Below, in pieces: positions 8,641 to 17,979 of a stretch of DNA of 64,000 nucleotides. A program made the translations under genes and the position numbers. Position 1 is the first letter of the stretch. The number at the start of each line of letters is the position of its first letter. Source of the DNA: a virus; IMG/VR virus record IMGVR_UViG_3300004151_000006, positions 1 through 64,000 of that record; one strand, 5' to 3'. The notes beneath the pieces were generated by a model that was given only the letters and a program-made list of their open reading frames with translations, was not told where the DNA came from and made no database searches.

Positions 8641-9109
8641 ATGCTAAACGCTCCCGCGTATTAAATGTGTCTGTGGCATTAGCTGACTTATCCTGTTGTA
8701 TTTGATTTTGGATGTTAGCTATGACTTTTTTACGTGGTTCATCTATCTCAGCATAAACTGATTTCAATATATCATATAAAGCAAAATCCATCTCTAACAC
8801 ATCAGTTACAGATAAACCAGTGAGATTGTGGATATCGGTAGACATAAAGAAACGTAATACATCTTCAAAGATAGGATTACCTATTTCTCGATTATCTTCA
8901 TATTCAATACCTAGAAAGTTTCTACTCGTGATAGGTCTATCTTTATAAAAATTGGGATTAAAGAATTCACTATTGAATTTGGAAATACCCAAACACCGAG
9001 CCTTGCCTGGGTATTTCTTCCAAAATGCTAAAGCCTCTAGATGTGCTTTGGCGTATTCGACTATTTTGTCGTATTTGACTGGTTGGCTGCGGTCAGTCGA
9101 ATAAGACAC
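8609..9109 (-). CDS. hypothetical protein (166 aa) or -1 frame extension of the upstream ORF
   Basis: GTG start at 9109 lies inside the end of 9061..10779; no internal ATG until late; see frameshift finding. Confidence 0.6.
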   Translation of the reverse strand: MSYSTDRSQPVKYDKIVEYAKAHLEALAFWKKYPGKARCLGISKFNSEFFNPNFYKDRPITSRNFLGIEYEDNREIGNPIFEDVLRFFMSTDIHNLTGLSVTDVLEMDFALYDILKSVYAEIDEPRKKVIANIQNQIQQDKSANATDTFNTRERLAYEQSRQRSRW

Positions 9110-10779
9110 ATTGTAAAAAAACTTGACTGCACATCAAACGGGATAAATCCATCCACTGCATTCTTAGGAGCTTTACCACACTTAGGACAACGATCATATT
9201 GATGTACCACATGGGTGATCTTAGTGGCTTTGATATATTCATGGATACCTTCATCTAACTTTACATCTTCCATACTGATGGTATCTAAGATATCACGGAT
9301 ATCCTCTCTAGAGGTATCATCATACGGATCATTTTTCACAGTATAAATAATATTATCTTCACCCTGACCATCGATAGTTTCAATCTCAGAGATACTCTCG
9401 ATCCAAGGAAGCAAAAGCTTATAATAGTTATAACGAAGATATTCAAACACTTCATCTATCTTTGCATTGACAGCATCTTTACCAAGAGTATAGAACATCA
9501 TGTTGTTGTATTCATTGCCATACATGAGATAGAGTTCTGCCGTAGGTACACGATATTTTACTTCCCAATGACTAATGATACCAGTAGCACCATTGTTGAC
9601 AGTGAATCGATATGGTACTACATGCTTACCAATATTACGTTGATAGATGAGTACCTGCTCTGGATCTACTTTACCCTGATTAGTAAGAAAATCAGACATT
9701 TCTTTAGTGATGAGATCATCATTACGTACACAGAGTTTAAGGATATCAGCTTTGACTTCTTCAATATGTTCACATCTGGTGACTTCTTCACCTTCCATAC
9801 CTTCTAATGGTTCAGTACAAATATAACGCACTATGATACCTTCTCTAAACATGAGTGCTGCCAATGTAGCTAAAATAGTATCATAATCATGCATACTGAT
9901 ATATTTAAGAATGTCTGTACCCATCTGTGCAAAATCTTTAAGACTACTATCCTGAATCACCTTCGGTAAGAAATCACTGAGGATCAATTCCTTTACAGCA
10001 ATATCTGCATACAAATAAAAGTATCCACCGATCTCACGAGTAAAATGATACTTATTGTGTTGACACATCCTCACCATACCAGCAATTTCACTTAGAGACA
10101 AAGCTTTCAGTGTAATAAAAAACCCACTATTCATCAAAGGTATACGACACATACCCTGCATCTGTGCAATGACACGAGCACGTGCTTTGAATCCAGAGAG
10201 AACTTTATCTTTAGGAGCAGATGCACGTTTGGTCATACCTTCTTTAAAGATAGGTGCACGACTAAAAATCTCATTAAGGGTCTCAATATCTTTAGCTTGC
10301 TTCTTCATCCATTCCAATGCTTCACGGTTAAATTCCATCTGTTTCTTGTAATACAGAGTAGCATCAAAGAGTACACCATCTTTGTGATTAGGATCGTTTT
10401 TATTTTTATCCCAAGTAGGTTCACCTACACGATTTATTTCTTCATTGATAGCAGATGAATGTACAAATCTATCAGACAATGGGATAGTCAAACTTGTAAA
10501 TTCATTAACTTCATTATTACTTTGATCTTTAGCATCTTCTAATACTGAATTTAAAATATCATCTGTTGGGGTATTGTCTTCCTTAGGTTTATATTCTTCC
10601 AGATTAGCAATATCTTGAGTATGGATACTTTCTTCTTCATCATCACCAGGGATAGGTACACCATAATCAATATCTTGAGGTAATGATCCAGGTCGCAATG
10701 TTCCAGCTTGAGGAAGAGGATATCCATCATCTGAAGGATAAACAATTTCATGTTCTTTGGTATCGTCAATTTCACTCAT
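9061..10779 (-). CDS. hypothetical protein (572 aa) with C-terminal CPKCGK zinc-ribbon-like motif
   Basis: GGAGA 9 nt upstream of ATG; long ORF. Confidence 0.85.
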   Translation of the reverse strand: MSEIDDTKEHEIVYPSDDGYPLPQAGTLRPGSLPQDIDYGVPIPGDDEEESIHTQDIANLEEYKPKEDNTPTDDILNSVLEDAKDQSNNEVNEFTSLTIPLSDRFVHSSAINEEINRVGEPTWDKNKNDPNHKDGVLFDATLYYKKQMEFNREALEWMKKQAKDIETLNEIFSRAPIFKEGMTKRASAPKDKVLSGFKARARVIAQMQGMCRIPLMNSGFFITLKALSLSEIAGMVRMCQHNKYHFTREIGGYFYLYADIAVKELILSDFLPKVIQDSSLKDFAQMGTDILKYISMHDYDTILATLAALMFREGIIVRYICTEPLEGMEGEEVTRCEHIEEVKADILKLCVRNDDLITKEMSDFLTNQGKVDPEQVLIYQRNIGKHVVPYRFTVNNGATGIISHWEVKYRVPTAELYLMYGNEYNNMMFYTLGKDAVNAKIDEVFEYLRYNYYKLLLPWIESISEIETIDGQGEDNIIYTVKNDPYDDTSREDIRDILDTISMEDVKLDEGIHEYIKATKITHVVHQYDRCPKCGKAPKNAVDGFIPFDVQSSFFTMCLIRLTAANQSNTTK

Positions 10780-11729
10780 GACTTACTTTCTCCTTTTGGT
10801 ATGGGATACCATCCCATGTTTGGTCTACTAGATCTGATCTTTGCATCAGGATCCTCAAAATACGTCATTGTACGTAAACACCCAGGTGTCTCTGCCCATG
10901 TCCTACGTATATAACTATATTCAGATTTAGTCTTATTGATAAATTCTTTGAGTGAAGGTGTAGAAAATCCATCAAATGAAATCACTTTTAATGGGTGATA
11001 ATTTTCATATATTTGTTTATCTTCAGATTTCAATTGATCCAGATTGATATATTCAAAGATGAGTATATTTTCCATACGTGGATGTATATCTACTTTCTCC
11101 ACCATATATATAGGGTATTTTTGTTCTATATTATCAAAATATTGTGCCCACTCTACTAGTCTATTGACTATGATAAAATCCTCATATTTAAATCCAATGA
11201 TTTGTTTCTTATGATATTCTTGATCTGCTAATTCTAAATGTGAGACTACGAATACTCGTCTTGTACTACAATGAAATATGACTATTGGATCAAGACCACA
11301 TTTATTTACCCAGGATAACCAAGTCGTCACTTTACGTAATTCAATAGTAGTATCACCCACCATCAATATTTCTTTTAATCTATGAAGATATTCTAAATTA
11401 TCTTTAAATTCAATGATGTGAAATGAAAGCTCACCAGCATGAAATACTGAAAATAGACCACCTTCAGTGTTTGATAAAATTACTATATTCTTATTTTCGA
11501 ATACATTAAAGTATGCAAAAGGACAACGCCGTGCAGTGACTGAAGAGAAATATCTTTTTATCCACTCTAGAAAGATTTTATCTTCTTTAGTGATCTTCAC
11601 TTTCTTTATGTTTTGTGGTACACCAGTTGATTCACTAATCTCCAAAACTTCTTCAACTGGATCATTGGTTTCATCAATTGGTTCTTCTGATGAAACATCA
11701 CATTCCACCAGCTCATCATCTTCTGTCAT
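10776..11729 (-). CDS. hypothetical protein (317 aa)
   Basis: GGGAG 7 nt upstream of ATG 11729 (alternative ATG 11750); ATGA overlap with the downstream gene. Confidence 0.8.
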   Translation of the reverse strand: MTEDDELVECDVSSEEPIDETNDPVEEVLEISESTGVPQNIKKVKITKEDKIFLEWIKRYFSSVTARRCPFAYFNVFENKNIVILSNTEGGLFSVFHAGELSFHIIEFKDNLEYLHRLKEILMVGDTTIELRKVTTWLSWVNKCGLDPIVIFHCSTRRVFVVSHLELADQEYHKKQIIGFKYEDFIIVNRLVEWAQYFDNIEQKYPIYMVEKVDIHPRMENILIFEYINLDQLKSEDKQIYENYHPLKVISFDGFSTPSLKEFINKTKSEYSYIRRTWAETPGCLRTMTYFEDPDAKIRSSRPNMGWYPIPKGESKS

Positions 11730-11775
11730 GTTTATACTCCCACCAAGCATTGCTCTCTAATAAGATTAGAAGAAA

Positions 11776-11784
11776 CTATAAGAA
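11776..11784 (-). promoter_or_regulatory. promoter-like motif variant TTCTTATAG
   Basis: Correct orientation, about 47 nt upstream of ATG 11729, just downstream of terminator 11801-11826. Confidence 0.35.
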
Positions 11785-11800
11785 ACAACACCTTTATGAT

Positions 11801-11826
11801 GTAGAGGAGGGCTAGCCCTCCTCTAC
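11801..11826 (-). terminator. GC-clamped perfect hairpin (GTAGAGGAGGGC / GCCCTCCTCTAC)
   Basis: 26-nt perfect palindrome 11 nt downstream of the stop of 11837..12562. Confidence 0.55.
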
Positions 11827-11836
11827 TAAGAAATCA

Positions 11837-12562
11837 TTATTGTTTAATCTGATTGGTATCCACGATGATAGAATCTTCTTGGGGTACTTCATTGGTATGC
11901 GCATTAATAATAGCTTTAGCTTCATCTTCAGACACATCGATAACACTATCAGTATCTTTAGGAGATGGGAGCATACCAATACGTTTCAGATTTTCAAATT
12001 CTTCTTCAGGAGTAATTACATGGATCTCTTCATCAGGTGCAGTATCAACAGAAGTGGAATTGGTAAATTTAGGAGTCTGTAATGTGGGTTCATCAGTGAG
12101 TACCAGGTGTACATTTCTCACGATATGATCCATTTGAGTCATGACACTATCCATATAACTCCGTGTACTGTGAAAATTCTCCATAAGATCCATAAGCTGC
12201 ATGTCATGTTCCACACGATCTGTGATGACACTCAATTCACCAAGTTTAAGTCTAAATTCTTTACACCGTTCAAAATAATGGGGATATTCATCTTTCTGGA
12301 TATGTTCAATATCATGAATGATAGTCTCACACAACCGCACCACTTCAGGCATATCTTTAGACTTAAAGAAATCCATACGTTCACCCACCTGTTCTTTAAT
12401 GGCAATCATACGACCATTCCATGTGGTGAGGAATGATGCAAATGCCATGATCTTTTCAATGAACTGCTCTTTTGTATTTTTCTTAGAAAGGATCTGATGA
12501 CCCTTTTTACGCATATCTTGCGTACGCTTTTTATCACGACGCATCTTCGACTGCATGCCCAT
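11837..12562 (-). CDS. hypothetical protein (241 aa), basic N-terminus
   Basis: GGGAG 7 nt upstream of ATG 12562. Confidence 0.8.
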   Translation of the reverse strand: MGMQSKMRRDKKRTQDMRKKGHQILSKKNTKEQFIEKIMAFASFLTTWNGRMIAIKEQVGERMDFFKSKDMPEVVRLCETIIHDIEHIQKDEYPHYFERCKEFRLKLGELSVITDRVEHDMQLMDLMENFHSTRSYMDSVMTQMDHIVRNVHLVLTDEPTLQTPKFTNSTSVDTAPDEEIHVITPEEEFENLKRIGMLPSPKDTDSVIDVSEDEAKAIINAHTNEVPQEDSIIVDTNQIKQ

Positions 12563-12617
12563 ATATCTCTCCCTTACATGTTAAAGTAAATCCTCTAAAA
12601 GATAAAGAATCAATATG

Positions 12618-12654
12618 AAAAACTACACCAGGCAGGTTTCCCCACCCGGTGTAG
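12618..12654 (-). terminator. rho-independent-type terminator
   Basis: Stem CTACACC.GG / CC.GGTGTAG followed on the minus strand by TTTTT (12622-12618); sits after the stop of 12665..13222. Confidence 0.6.
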
Positions 12655-12664
12655 TTTGATAAAC

Positions 12665-13222
12665 CTATTTAGAGATCATAGTGACAAAGTCTCTCGGTAA
12701 ATGTGTAGCCATACTAGCCAAGCTTGTCTGGATGAATTTGTTACCACCAGCTTCTACTACTAAGTCTGCAGTTTCATCAATCACTTTATCCCATTTTTCT
12801 AATTTCTGTACAGTAGCTTTCAAATCTGCAGGCAGACCCATACCAGCATCATCACCACCCTGATCTTCTTTATTAATCTCACGAATACCTTCAATCATAG
12901 TAGCCACCAAACGTGCACGACGATCAGTTTCAGCATATGCACTGAGCATAGCTTTTTGTACAATATCTTTATACATGAGTTTGGGGAGTACCAAACTATC
13001 CATGGTTTTAGTAGATTGTTCTTCTATAATACGCAATACTTTCATACGGTCATCACCACGATCTTTATAGAAATGTGCAAGCTCACTTAAAATAGCGATA
13101 GCAGCAGACTTGCGAAGATGGATAGCTTGAGCTTCTGATACACGGGTATCCATGTTGGACATAACAATCTTATCTTGTTCAGTGATACCAAGACGCTGTT
13201 CCATTTGATTGATCTTAAACAT
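12665..13222 (-). CDS. hypothetical protein (185 aa)
   Basis: GGAG 7 nt upstream of ATG 13222 (ORF-track start 13249 has no RBS). Confidence 0.8.
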   Translation of the reverse strand: MFKINQMEQRLGITEQDKIVMSNMDTRVSEAQAIHLRKSAAIAILSELAHFYKDRGDDRMKVLRIIEEQSTKTMDSLVLPKLMYKDIVQKAMLSAYAETDRRARLVATMIEGIREINKEDQGGDDAGMGLPADLKATVQKLEKWDKVIDETADLVVEAGGNKFIQTSLASMATHLPRDFVTMISK

Positions 13223-13398
13223 GGTAGCTCTCCTTATGTTGAGTCTCATGATGAGACAATAATGTCATTGGACCTATACGATATTGCAACCATATTCTAA
13301 CCCTTTGGACCATTTTTTAGTTTAAAAGTAATCTCAATGATCATGTCATAGTCCCAATTGTGAAAATTTACCCATACCTATGGGAGGAAATAACACAT

Positions 13399-15636
13399 AT
13401 GCGTATCGCTGTACCAGAGTCAATAGATAGAGAACCACTCTTACGTGCATATGTAGAAAACATGGTTACTTTTTTATCAAATGATTTGTCTTGGCTAGAA
13501 AAGACAGATAGAAGTGGAATTAGATTTTCACCCAATGATGATCCCAATACAAAGATACAAAAGACTATAGTTTTTAATGCAGAAATAAATGATAGAGTGA
13601 AAAACTATATACATGATGAAATCACTAAGATCGTTAAAGATCAAATAAAACGACCTAAAATATATGGTATAGATCATCCACATTATGGTGATGCTGAAGA
13701 AGTCAATGTGGATCTACTTGGTATCACCACCAAACATTTTGATAAGATTATTACCCCATCTGGATCAGTTTATATACCAGCTAAACAACATCCAAGTTTC
13801 CTTAGAGGGAAGATCACTGAAGATAAAGCAAACCGTGGTAGATTAAAGAAATTGATGTTTGATGCTAAAGCTGCGGGTGATAATGATGCTGCCAACTACT
13901 ACAATAGTGGACAGTCGTTATGTAAGATAGGTATGAATTCTTATCCCGGTGCAATGGCTTGTAGTTATAGCTTCTTATCAGATAGAGCTGGATTCAATTC
14001 TACTACATCCAGTTCACGATATCTGATCATGAATGCATATGCACAGACAGAAAGATTATTAGAAGGCAATTTCTATTTTATTAATTTAGAAGCAGTAATG
14101 AATCATATTGTTGTAGTATGTAGATCCTGTCCAGATGAGAAAACTATTATGGATATAATGTATAAATACAAACTCTATATTCCAACTTGGGATGATATTT
14201 ATGAATTCTTAAATAGTAACTATAAACAGTATTGTCCAAATAATTTACCCACCCAAATATCTGAGATGCTTATGCGTATGCCGGAATATAAACGTATTTT
14301 TCTTTATTACTTTAGCAATCTTAAACATATCCTCCAAGCCAATTCTTCTAAATTTCTTGATTGGATCCATGATTTTTATGATCATTATCTAGCAGAAAAA
14401 GCATATCCACCGGAAACATTAGAACCAGAAGGTCTATTTAAATTAGATGGTATGTTAGTCATCTTGATCTCCACAGTCTATGGTGAACTTCTTCCTTTAG
14501 GTAGTGACGGTAAGAAAGCTAAGATTTATGATACTGTAAAACTCTTTCCAGATATAGCTAAAAAGTTGTTATCCATTGGGCTTTATATGCAGGATAAATT
14601 AAATAATGAATTCATGGAATTCTTTGATCTCTTTTTGGATAATGGATGTATTATTCCAAATACTATTGATCATAAGAATATGTTTAGACATTGTGTGATT
14701 TTATCTGATACCGACTCAGTAGTCTTTACTACTAAATCTTGGTTGCAATGGTATACTGGAAAAAACATTATTGACCATAGTGCATATGAGATCAATGCTA
14801 TTATGGTGTATTGGTTATCTAAAGCATTAGAATTCATACTCAAAAATATGAGTGTTTCACGTGGTGCTGTAGGAGAAGATGCATTTATCATGAAGATGAA
14901 GAATGAATTCTTTTATCCATCTATGATCCAAAGTAGCTTAAAGAAACACTATGCGGGATTGGTGGTGGTACAAGAAGGTGTCGTCCTTCCTAAACCACAA
15001 TCAGATATCAAAGGCATCCAATTTAGAGGATCTAAATTAGCAGATGAAACAAAAGTATTTATTACTAAATATATTGATGAAACAAATGAACAAATCATCA
15101 AATGTGGAAAAGTATCAGCTAAAGAACGTATTTGGAAAGTAGTGGAATTTGAAAAGAAGGTATTATCATCAGTGAGAAAGGGTGAACTCAATTTTCTCAA
15201 CTTGATACCAGTAAAAAACGAAGATGAATATACAGATGCAGATAAATCCATTTATTTCAATTATCAATTTTGGGAATATGTGTTTGCTCCTAAGTTTGGA
15301 AACATCATGATTCCAACCAAATGTTATTCATTACCATTAGTGAATGTTAAAGATAAAGAATATTTGGAATATTTAAAGAAATGTGATAAAGAGATCTATC
15401 AGAGATTAATTGAATTCTGTGAGAAGTATCCTAAGAAAAAGATTACTCGGATACCAATCAATCCAGTGACTGATAAAATACCTGATGAGTTATTCCCCAT
15501 TGCTGCAATACGTCAGATCATCTTTGATAATGTAGCACCACTCCATTTATTTTTAGAATCATTAGGTATTGATCTTGGCAATAATCAAAAGAGTAGATTG
15601 TTGTTTTGTGAAATATATGGAAATGAATTAAACTAA
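13399..15636 (+). CDS. family B DNA polymerase, polymerase-domain-only polypeptide
   Basis: KIGMNSYPG (motif B KxxxNSxYG), ILSDTDSV (motif C DTDS) and LKKHYAG...IKGIQFRG (KKxY region) occur in order; only about 100 aa precede a degenerate motif-A-like VDLLGIT, so there is no exonuclease domain. Confidence 0.7.
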   Translation: MRIAVPESIDREPLLRAYVENMVTFLSNDLSWLEKTDRSGIRFSPNDDPNTKIQKTIVFNAEINDRVKNYIHDEITKIVKDQIKRPKIYGIDHPHYGDAEEVNVDLLGITTKHFDKIITPSGSVYIPAKQHPSFLRGKITEDKANRGRLKKLMFDAKAAGDNDAANYYNSGQSLCKIGMNSYPGAMACSYSFLSDRAGFNSTTSSSRYLIMNAYAQTERLLEGNFYFINLEAVMNHIVVVCRSCPDEKTIMDIMYKYKLYIPTWDDIYEFLNSNYKQYCPNNLPTQISEMLMRMPEYKRIFLYYFSNLKHILQANSSKFLDWIHDFYDHYLAEKAYPPETLEPEGLFKLDGMLVILISTVYGELLPLGSDGKKAKIYDTVKLFPDIAKKLLSIGLYMQDKLNNEFMEFFDLFLDNGCIIPNTIDHKNMFRHCVILSDTDSVVFTTKSWLQWYTGKNIIDHSAYEINAIMVYWLSKALEFILKNMSVSRGAVGEDAFIMKMKNEFFYPSMIQSSLKKHYAGLVVVQEGVVLPKPQSDIKGIQFRGSKLADETKVFITKYIDETNEQIIKCGKVSAKERIWKVVEFEKKVLSSVRKGELNFLNLIPVKNEDEYTDADKSIYFNYQFWEYVFAPKFGNIMIPTKCYSLPLVNVKDKEYLEYLKKCDKEIYQRLIEFCEKYPKKKITRIPINPVTDKIPDELFPIAAIRQIIFDNVAPLHLFLESLGIDLGNNQKSRLLFCEIYGNELN

Positions 15637-15642
15637 CAATAT

Positions 15643-15678
15643 GGATGATAGACATGCCCTGGGGCATGTCTATCATCC
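15643..15678 (+). terminator. GC-clamped perfect hairpin (17-nt arms GGATGATAGACATGCCC / GGGCATGTCTATCATCC)
   Basis: Begins 7 nt after the polymerase stop. Confidence 0.55.
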
Positions 15679-15722
15679 GATTATCAAATATATATTACAT
15701 CATTGAAATAAAGGAGGTAACT

Positions 15723-15995
15723 ATGTCATTACATGTTGATTTCTTCAGTGATCATGAAATGGACTATTGTCCTAAATGTGAATGGCTGTGTCCACACTGC
15801 AATGAAAAAAATAGTCTTACCTTTACATCAAGACCTTTAAAAGAAATCATAGAAGGTATAGTACTGGAATATCCAGATATGGTCAGTTGTGATGGGTGTA
15901 ATACACGATTTAAAATGAAGGATTTATTCGATTTAAATTATACTACAGAATCCATACACAGTGAACCTACCTTTGGGTTAGATAAATTCAAATAG
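15723..15995 (+). CDS. small zinc-ribbon protein (90 aa; CPKC...CPHC, CDGC)
   Basis: AGGAGG 6 nt upstream of ATG 15723; the 15645 start would read through the hairpin. Confidence 0.75.
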   Translation: MSLHVDFFSDHEMDYCPKCEWLCPHCNEKNSLTFTSRPLKEIIEGIVLEYPDMVSCDGCNTRFKMKDLFDLNYTTESIHSEPTFGLDKFK

Positions 15996-16004
15996 GAGGA
16001 CCAC

Positions 16005-16493
16005 ATGTCATATGAAGGACATATTCAACATTGGTGTAAGAATGGGCATTATTGGGAAGTTGGATATGGTTATGGTAATCTAAGTGAAGAAGAAATCAAA
16101 GCTGATCATACTTGTCTTGAATGTTCGGAATCTTCAATTTTTGAAAACAGTGTAGACGACACTAACTGTGATGCATATGGGGAAATACCCCCACAAATTA
16201 TGTTTAATGATAAGAATGGTCATGCGGTATATGTTATTCCAAAAAATTATACTGTGGGACATTTAATTGATACCAAAGAACCCATTGCTTATTACTTTTA
16301 CAAAGATGGGATACACTTTTCACATCGAATACATCAATGTGTGGTTATTCATGAAAAGATACATTATTTGCCTGAAAAATGTAAGGAGATCCTTTATCCA
16401 AAACAATTCAATTTGATCAAGTTTGGATTTCTCATTGATTTTGATAATGATCGTTTAGTGAATCCGTATCAATCTCCCACGGAGGAAATCTAA
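16005..16493 (+). CDS. hypothetical Cys/His-rich protein (162 aa)
   Basis: AGGAGG upstream; its stop lies 1 nt before the next ATG (tight coupling). Confidence 0.8.
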   Translation: MSYEGHIQHWCKNGHYWEVGYGYGNLSEEEIKADHTCLECSESSIFENSVDDTNCDAYGEIPPQIMFNDKNGHAVYVIPKNYTVGHLIDTKEPIAYYFYKDGIHFSHRIHQCVVIHEKIHYLPEKCKEILYPKQFNLIKFGFLIDFDNDRLVNPYQSPTEEI

Positions 16494-16494
16494 C

Positions 16495-16704
16495 ATGCCC
16501 GAATCCATGGAAATGATTATCAACCGTAAGGCGGATACCACCGAGTCCCTCGCACATCTGGTGCGAAGTATCACGGTCATCCCCCTGGCCAGGGCGTATC
16601 TCAGAAAGAATCCAGATACTCTGATGAAATCACCTAGATTCCTGACTACCATATCTGAGAGTTTTGCACAACACCATCGATTGTATCGTCGTTTGGGAGA
16701 ATAA
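16495..16704 (+). CDS. small protein (69 aa), candidate antitoxin/partner of the downstream Doc
   Basis: GGAGG 9 nt upstream; TAA-C-ATG junction with doc; roughly half G+C versus about a third in doc; no recognisable Phd motif. Confidence 0.5.
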   Translation: MPESMEMIINRKADTTESLAHLVRSITVIPLARAYLRKNPDTLMKSPRFLTTISESFAQHHRLYRRLGE

Positions 16705-16705
16705 C

Positions 16706-17137
16706 ATGGGAATGAATACCAGATATCTTACTGTAGAAGAAGTATTATTTATACATGAAGCATCCATTATCTTATTTGGTGGTACCACTGGTGTGCGAGA
16801 TATAAATTTATTAAAATCTACTGTTGGTGCAGCTAAAAATATTGGTGGGTATACTGATGATTTATTCTCGATAGCTACCAGATATATGGAAGGGATATTG
16901 ATCAATCACCCATTCATTGATGGTAATAAGCGTACCGCATTTTGTGCTGTGGATACGTTTTTCAGGTTAAATGGGATATATTTAAAAGTACCTTATGATG
17001 TTGAAAACACAAATAGCATTAACTATAAAAAAGATGATGAACTCTATCAGTATTTTGTAGTTTGTTGGATCCCATGTGATAATAAATTGAGAAGCAAACA
17101 AATCTATAAAGATTTGAAGTATCTTTACAAATCTTAA
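16706..17137 (+). CDS. doc: Doc (death-on-curing) family Fic-fold toxin
   Basis: HPFIDGNKRTAF matches the Doc variant of the Fic motif (HxFx[DN][AG]NKR); the N-terminal LTVEEVLFIHEASIILFGG pattern resembles P1 Doc; GGAG precedes ATG 16706. Confidence 0.85.
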   Translation: MGMNTRYLTVEEVLFIHEASIILFGGTTGVRDINLLKSTVGAAKNIGGYTDDLFSIATRYMEGILINHPFIDGNKRTAFCAVDTFFRLNGIYLKVPYDVENTNSINYKKDDELYQYFVVCWIPCDNKLRSKQIYKDLKYLYKS

Positions 17138-17157
17138 ACCACAAAAAGGACTTTACA

Positions 17158-17355
17158 ATGCCTGGTATCACCAAACACTACAAGAAACAAATTCGAGATC
17201 TTAAACCTTGCATGATTTATTCTGCAAGGAAAGGTACCCGTGGTCCTAGTGGGAAAGAGAATGGTCGCCAGTTGAAAAAGATCTGGAAACACTATTTCAT
17301 CTGGAAACTTAGTAGCCAGAGACTACTGAGCGCTAAACATTTACAAATGAATTAA
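17158..17355 (+). CDS. small, very basic protein (65 aa)
   Basis: ORF directly after doc; weak AAGGA upstream; Lys/Arg-rich. Confidence 0.45.
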   Translation: MPGITKHYKKQIRDLKPCMIYSARKGTRGPSGKENGRQLKKIWKHYFIWKLSSQRLLSAKHLQMN

Positions 17356-17389
17356 CCCCAACGCCAACGATGGATGTGGAGTAAATCTC

Positions 17390-17860
17390 ATGAAACAATT
17401 GGATTCCAAAAACCAACTGTTGAAAGGTATTACCTGGTTGGCAATTCTCACCCTCGAAAAACTGGGACACATCACTGTCATTCATACTGGGGGCTTCGAT
17501 CTGTATGCCAAGTGTAACTGTGAATGGAATGAAGCTCGAATCATCGATCGGCGCGGTAATAAAGTATTGATGGTCGATCCATTCTCCGTACAAAAACAAT
17601 TTGGCATCACCAAATCGTTTGGTATTAGCTCATACGGATACGTCGTCAAAGACGACCACCATTGTTTGGCATTTTCCATATACAGTGATCCCCGGTATAC
17701 TACCCTCAAAAACAACGTGGGGGATTATCCAGAGTTCGTTAACACCATTTTGGCCCTTCCCGACTTTCCGACCAACATCCTCTACATATCCAATATCTGC
17801 TTTCATGAAGATTACCATGGGGCGAACTACTGGGAACGGGACTACACCATCCTTTCCTGA
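17390..17860 (+). CDS. hypothetical protein (156 aa), G+C-rich island gene
   Basis: GGAG upstream; followed by hairpin 17872-17897; the competing frames here look like G+C artefacts. Confidence 0.65.
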   Translation: MKQLDSKNQLLKGITWLAILTLEKLGHITVIHTGGFDLYAKCNCEWNEARIIDRRGNKVLMVDPFSVQKQFGITKSFGISSYGYVVKDDHHCLAFSIYSDPRYTTLKNNVGDYPEFVNTILALPDFPTNILYISNICFHEDYHGANYWERDYTILS

Positions 17861-17871
17861 TGACATGACTT

Positions 17872-17897
17872 GGAGCGGGGGATATGTCCCCCGCTCC
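17872..17897 (+). terminator. GC-clamped hairpin (GGAGCGGGGGA / TCCCCCGCTCC)
   Basis: 11-bp perfect stem 12 nt after the stop of 17390..17860. Confidence 0.55.
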
Positions 17898-17941
17898 ACA
17901 TTCGATTACAGGTATTATTCTTTTTTTTTATAAAAGCACTT

Positions 17942-17950
17942 ATCTTATAG
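17942..17950 (+). promoter_or_regulatory. promoter-like motif ATCTTATAG (exact)
   Basis: Exact copy 30 nt upstream of ATG 17980, after terminator and T-run. Confidence 0.45.
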
Positions 17951-17979
17951 AAATTTATATCACAAGGAGGGAATATGTT

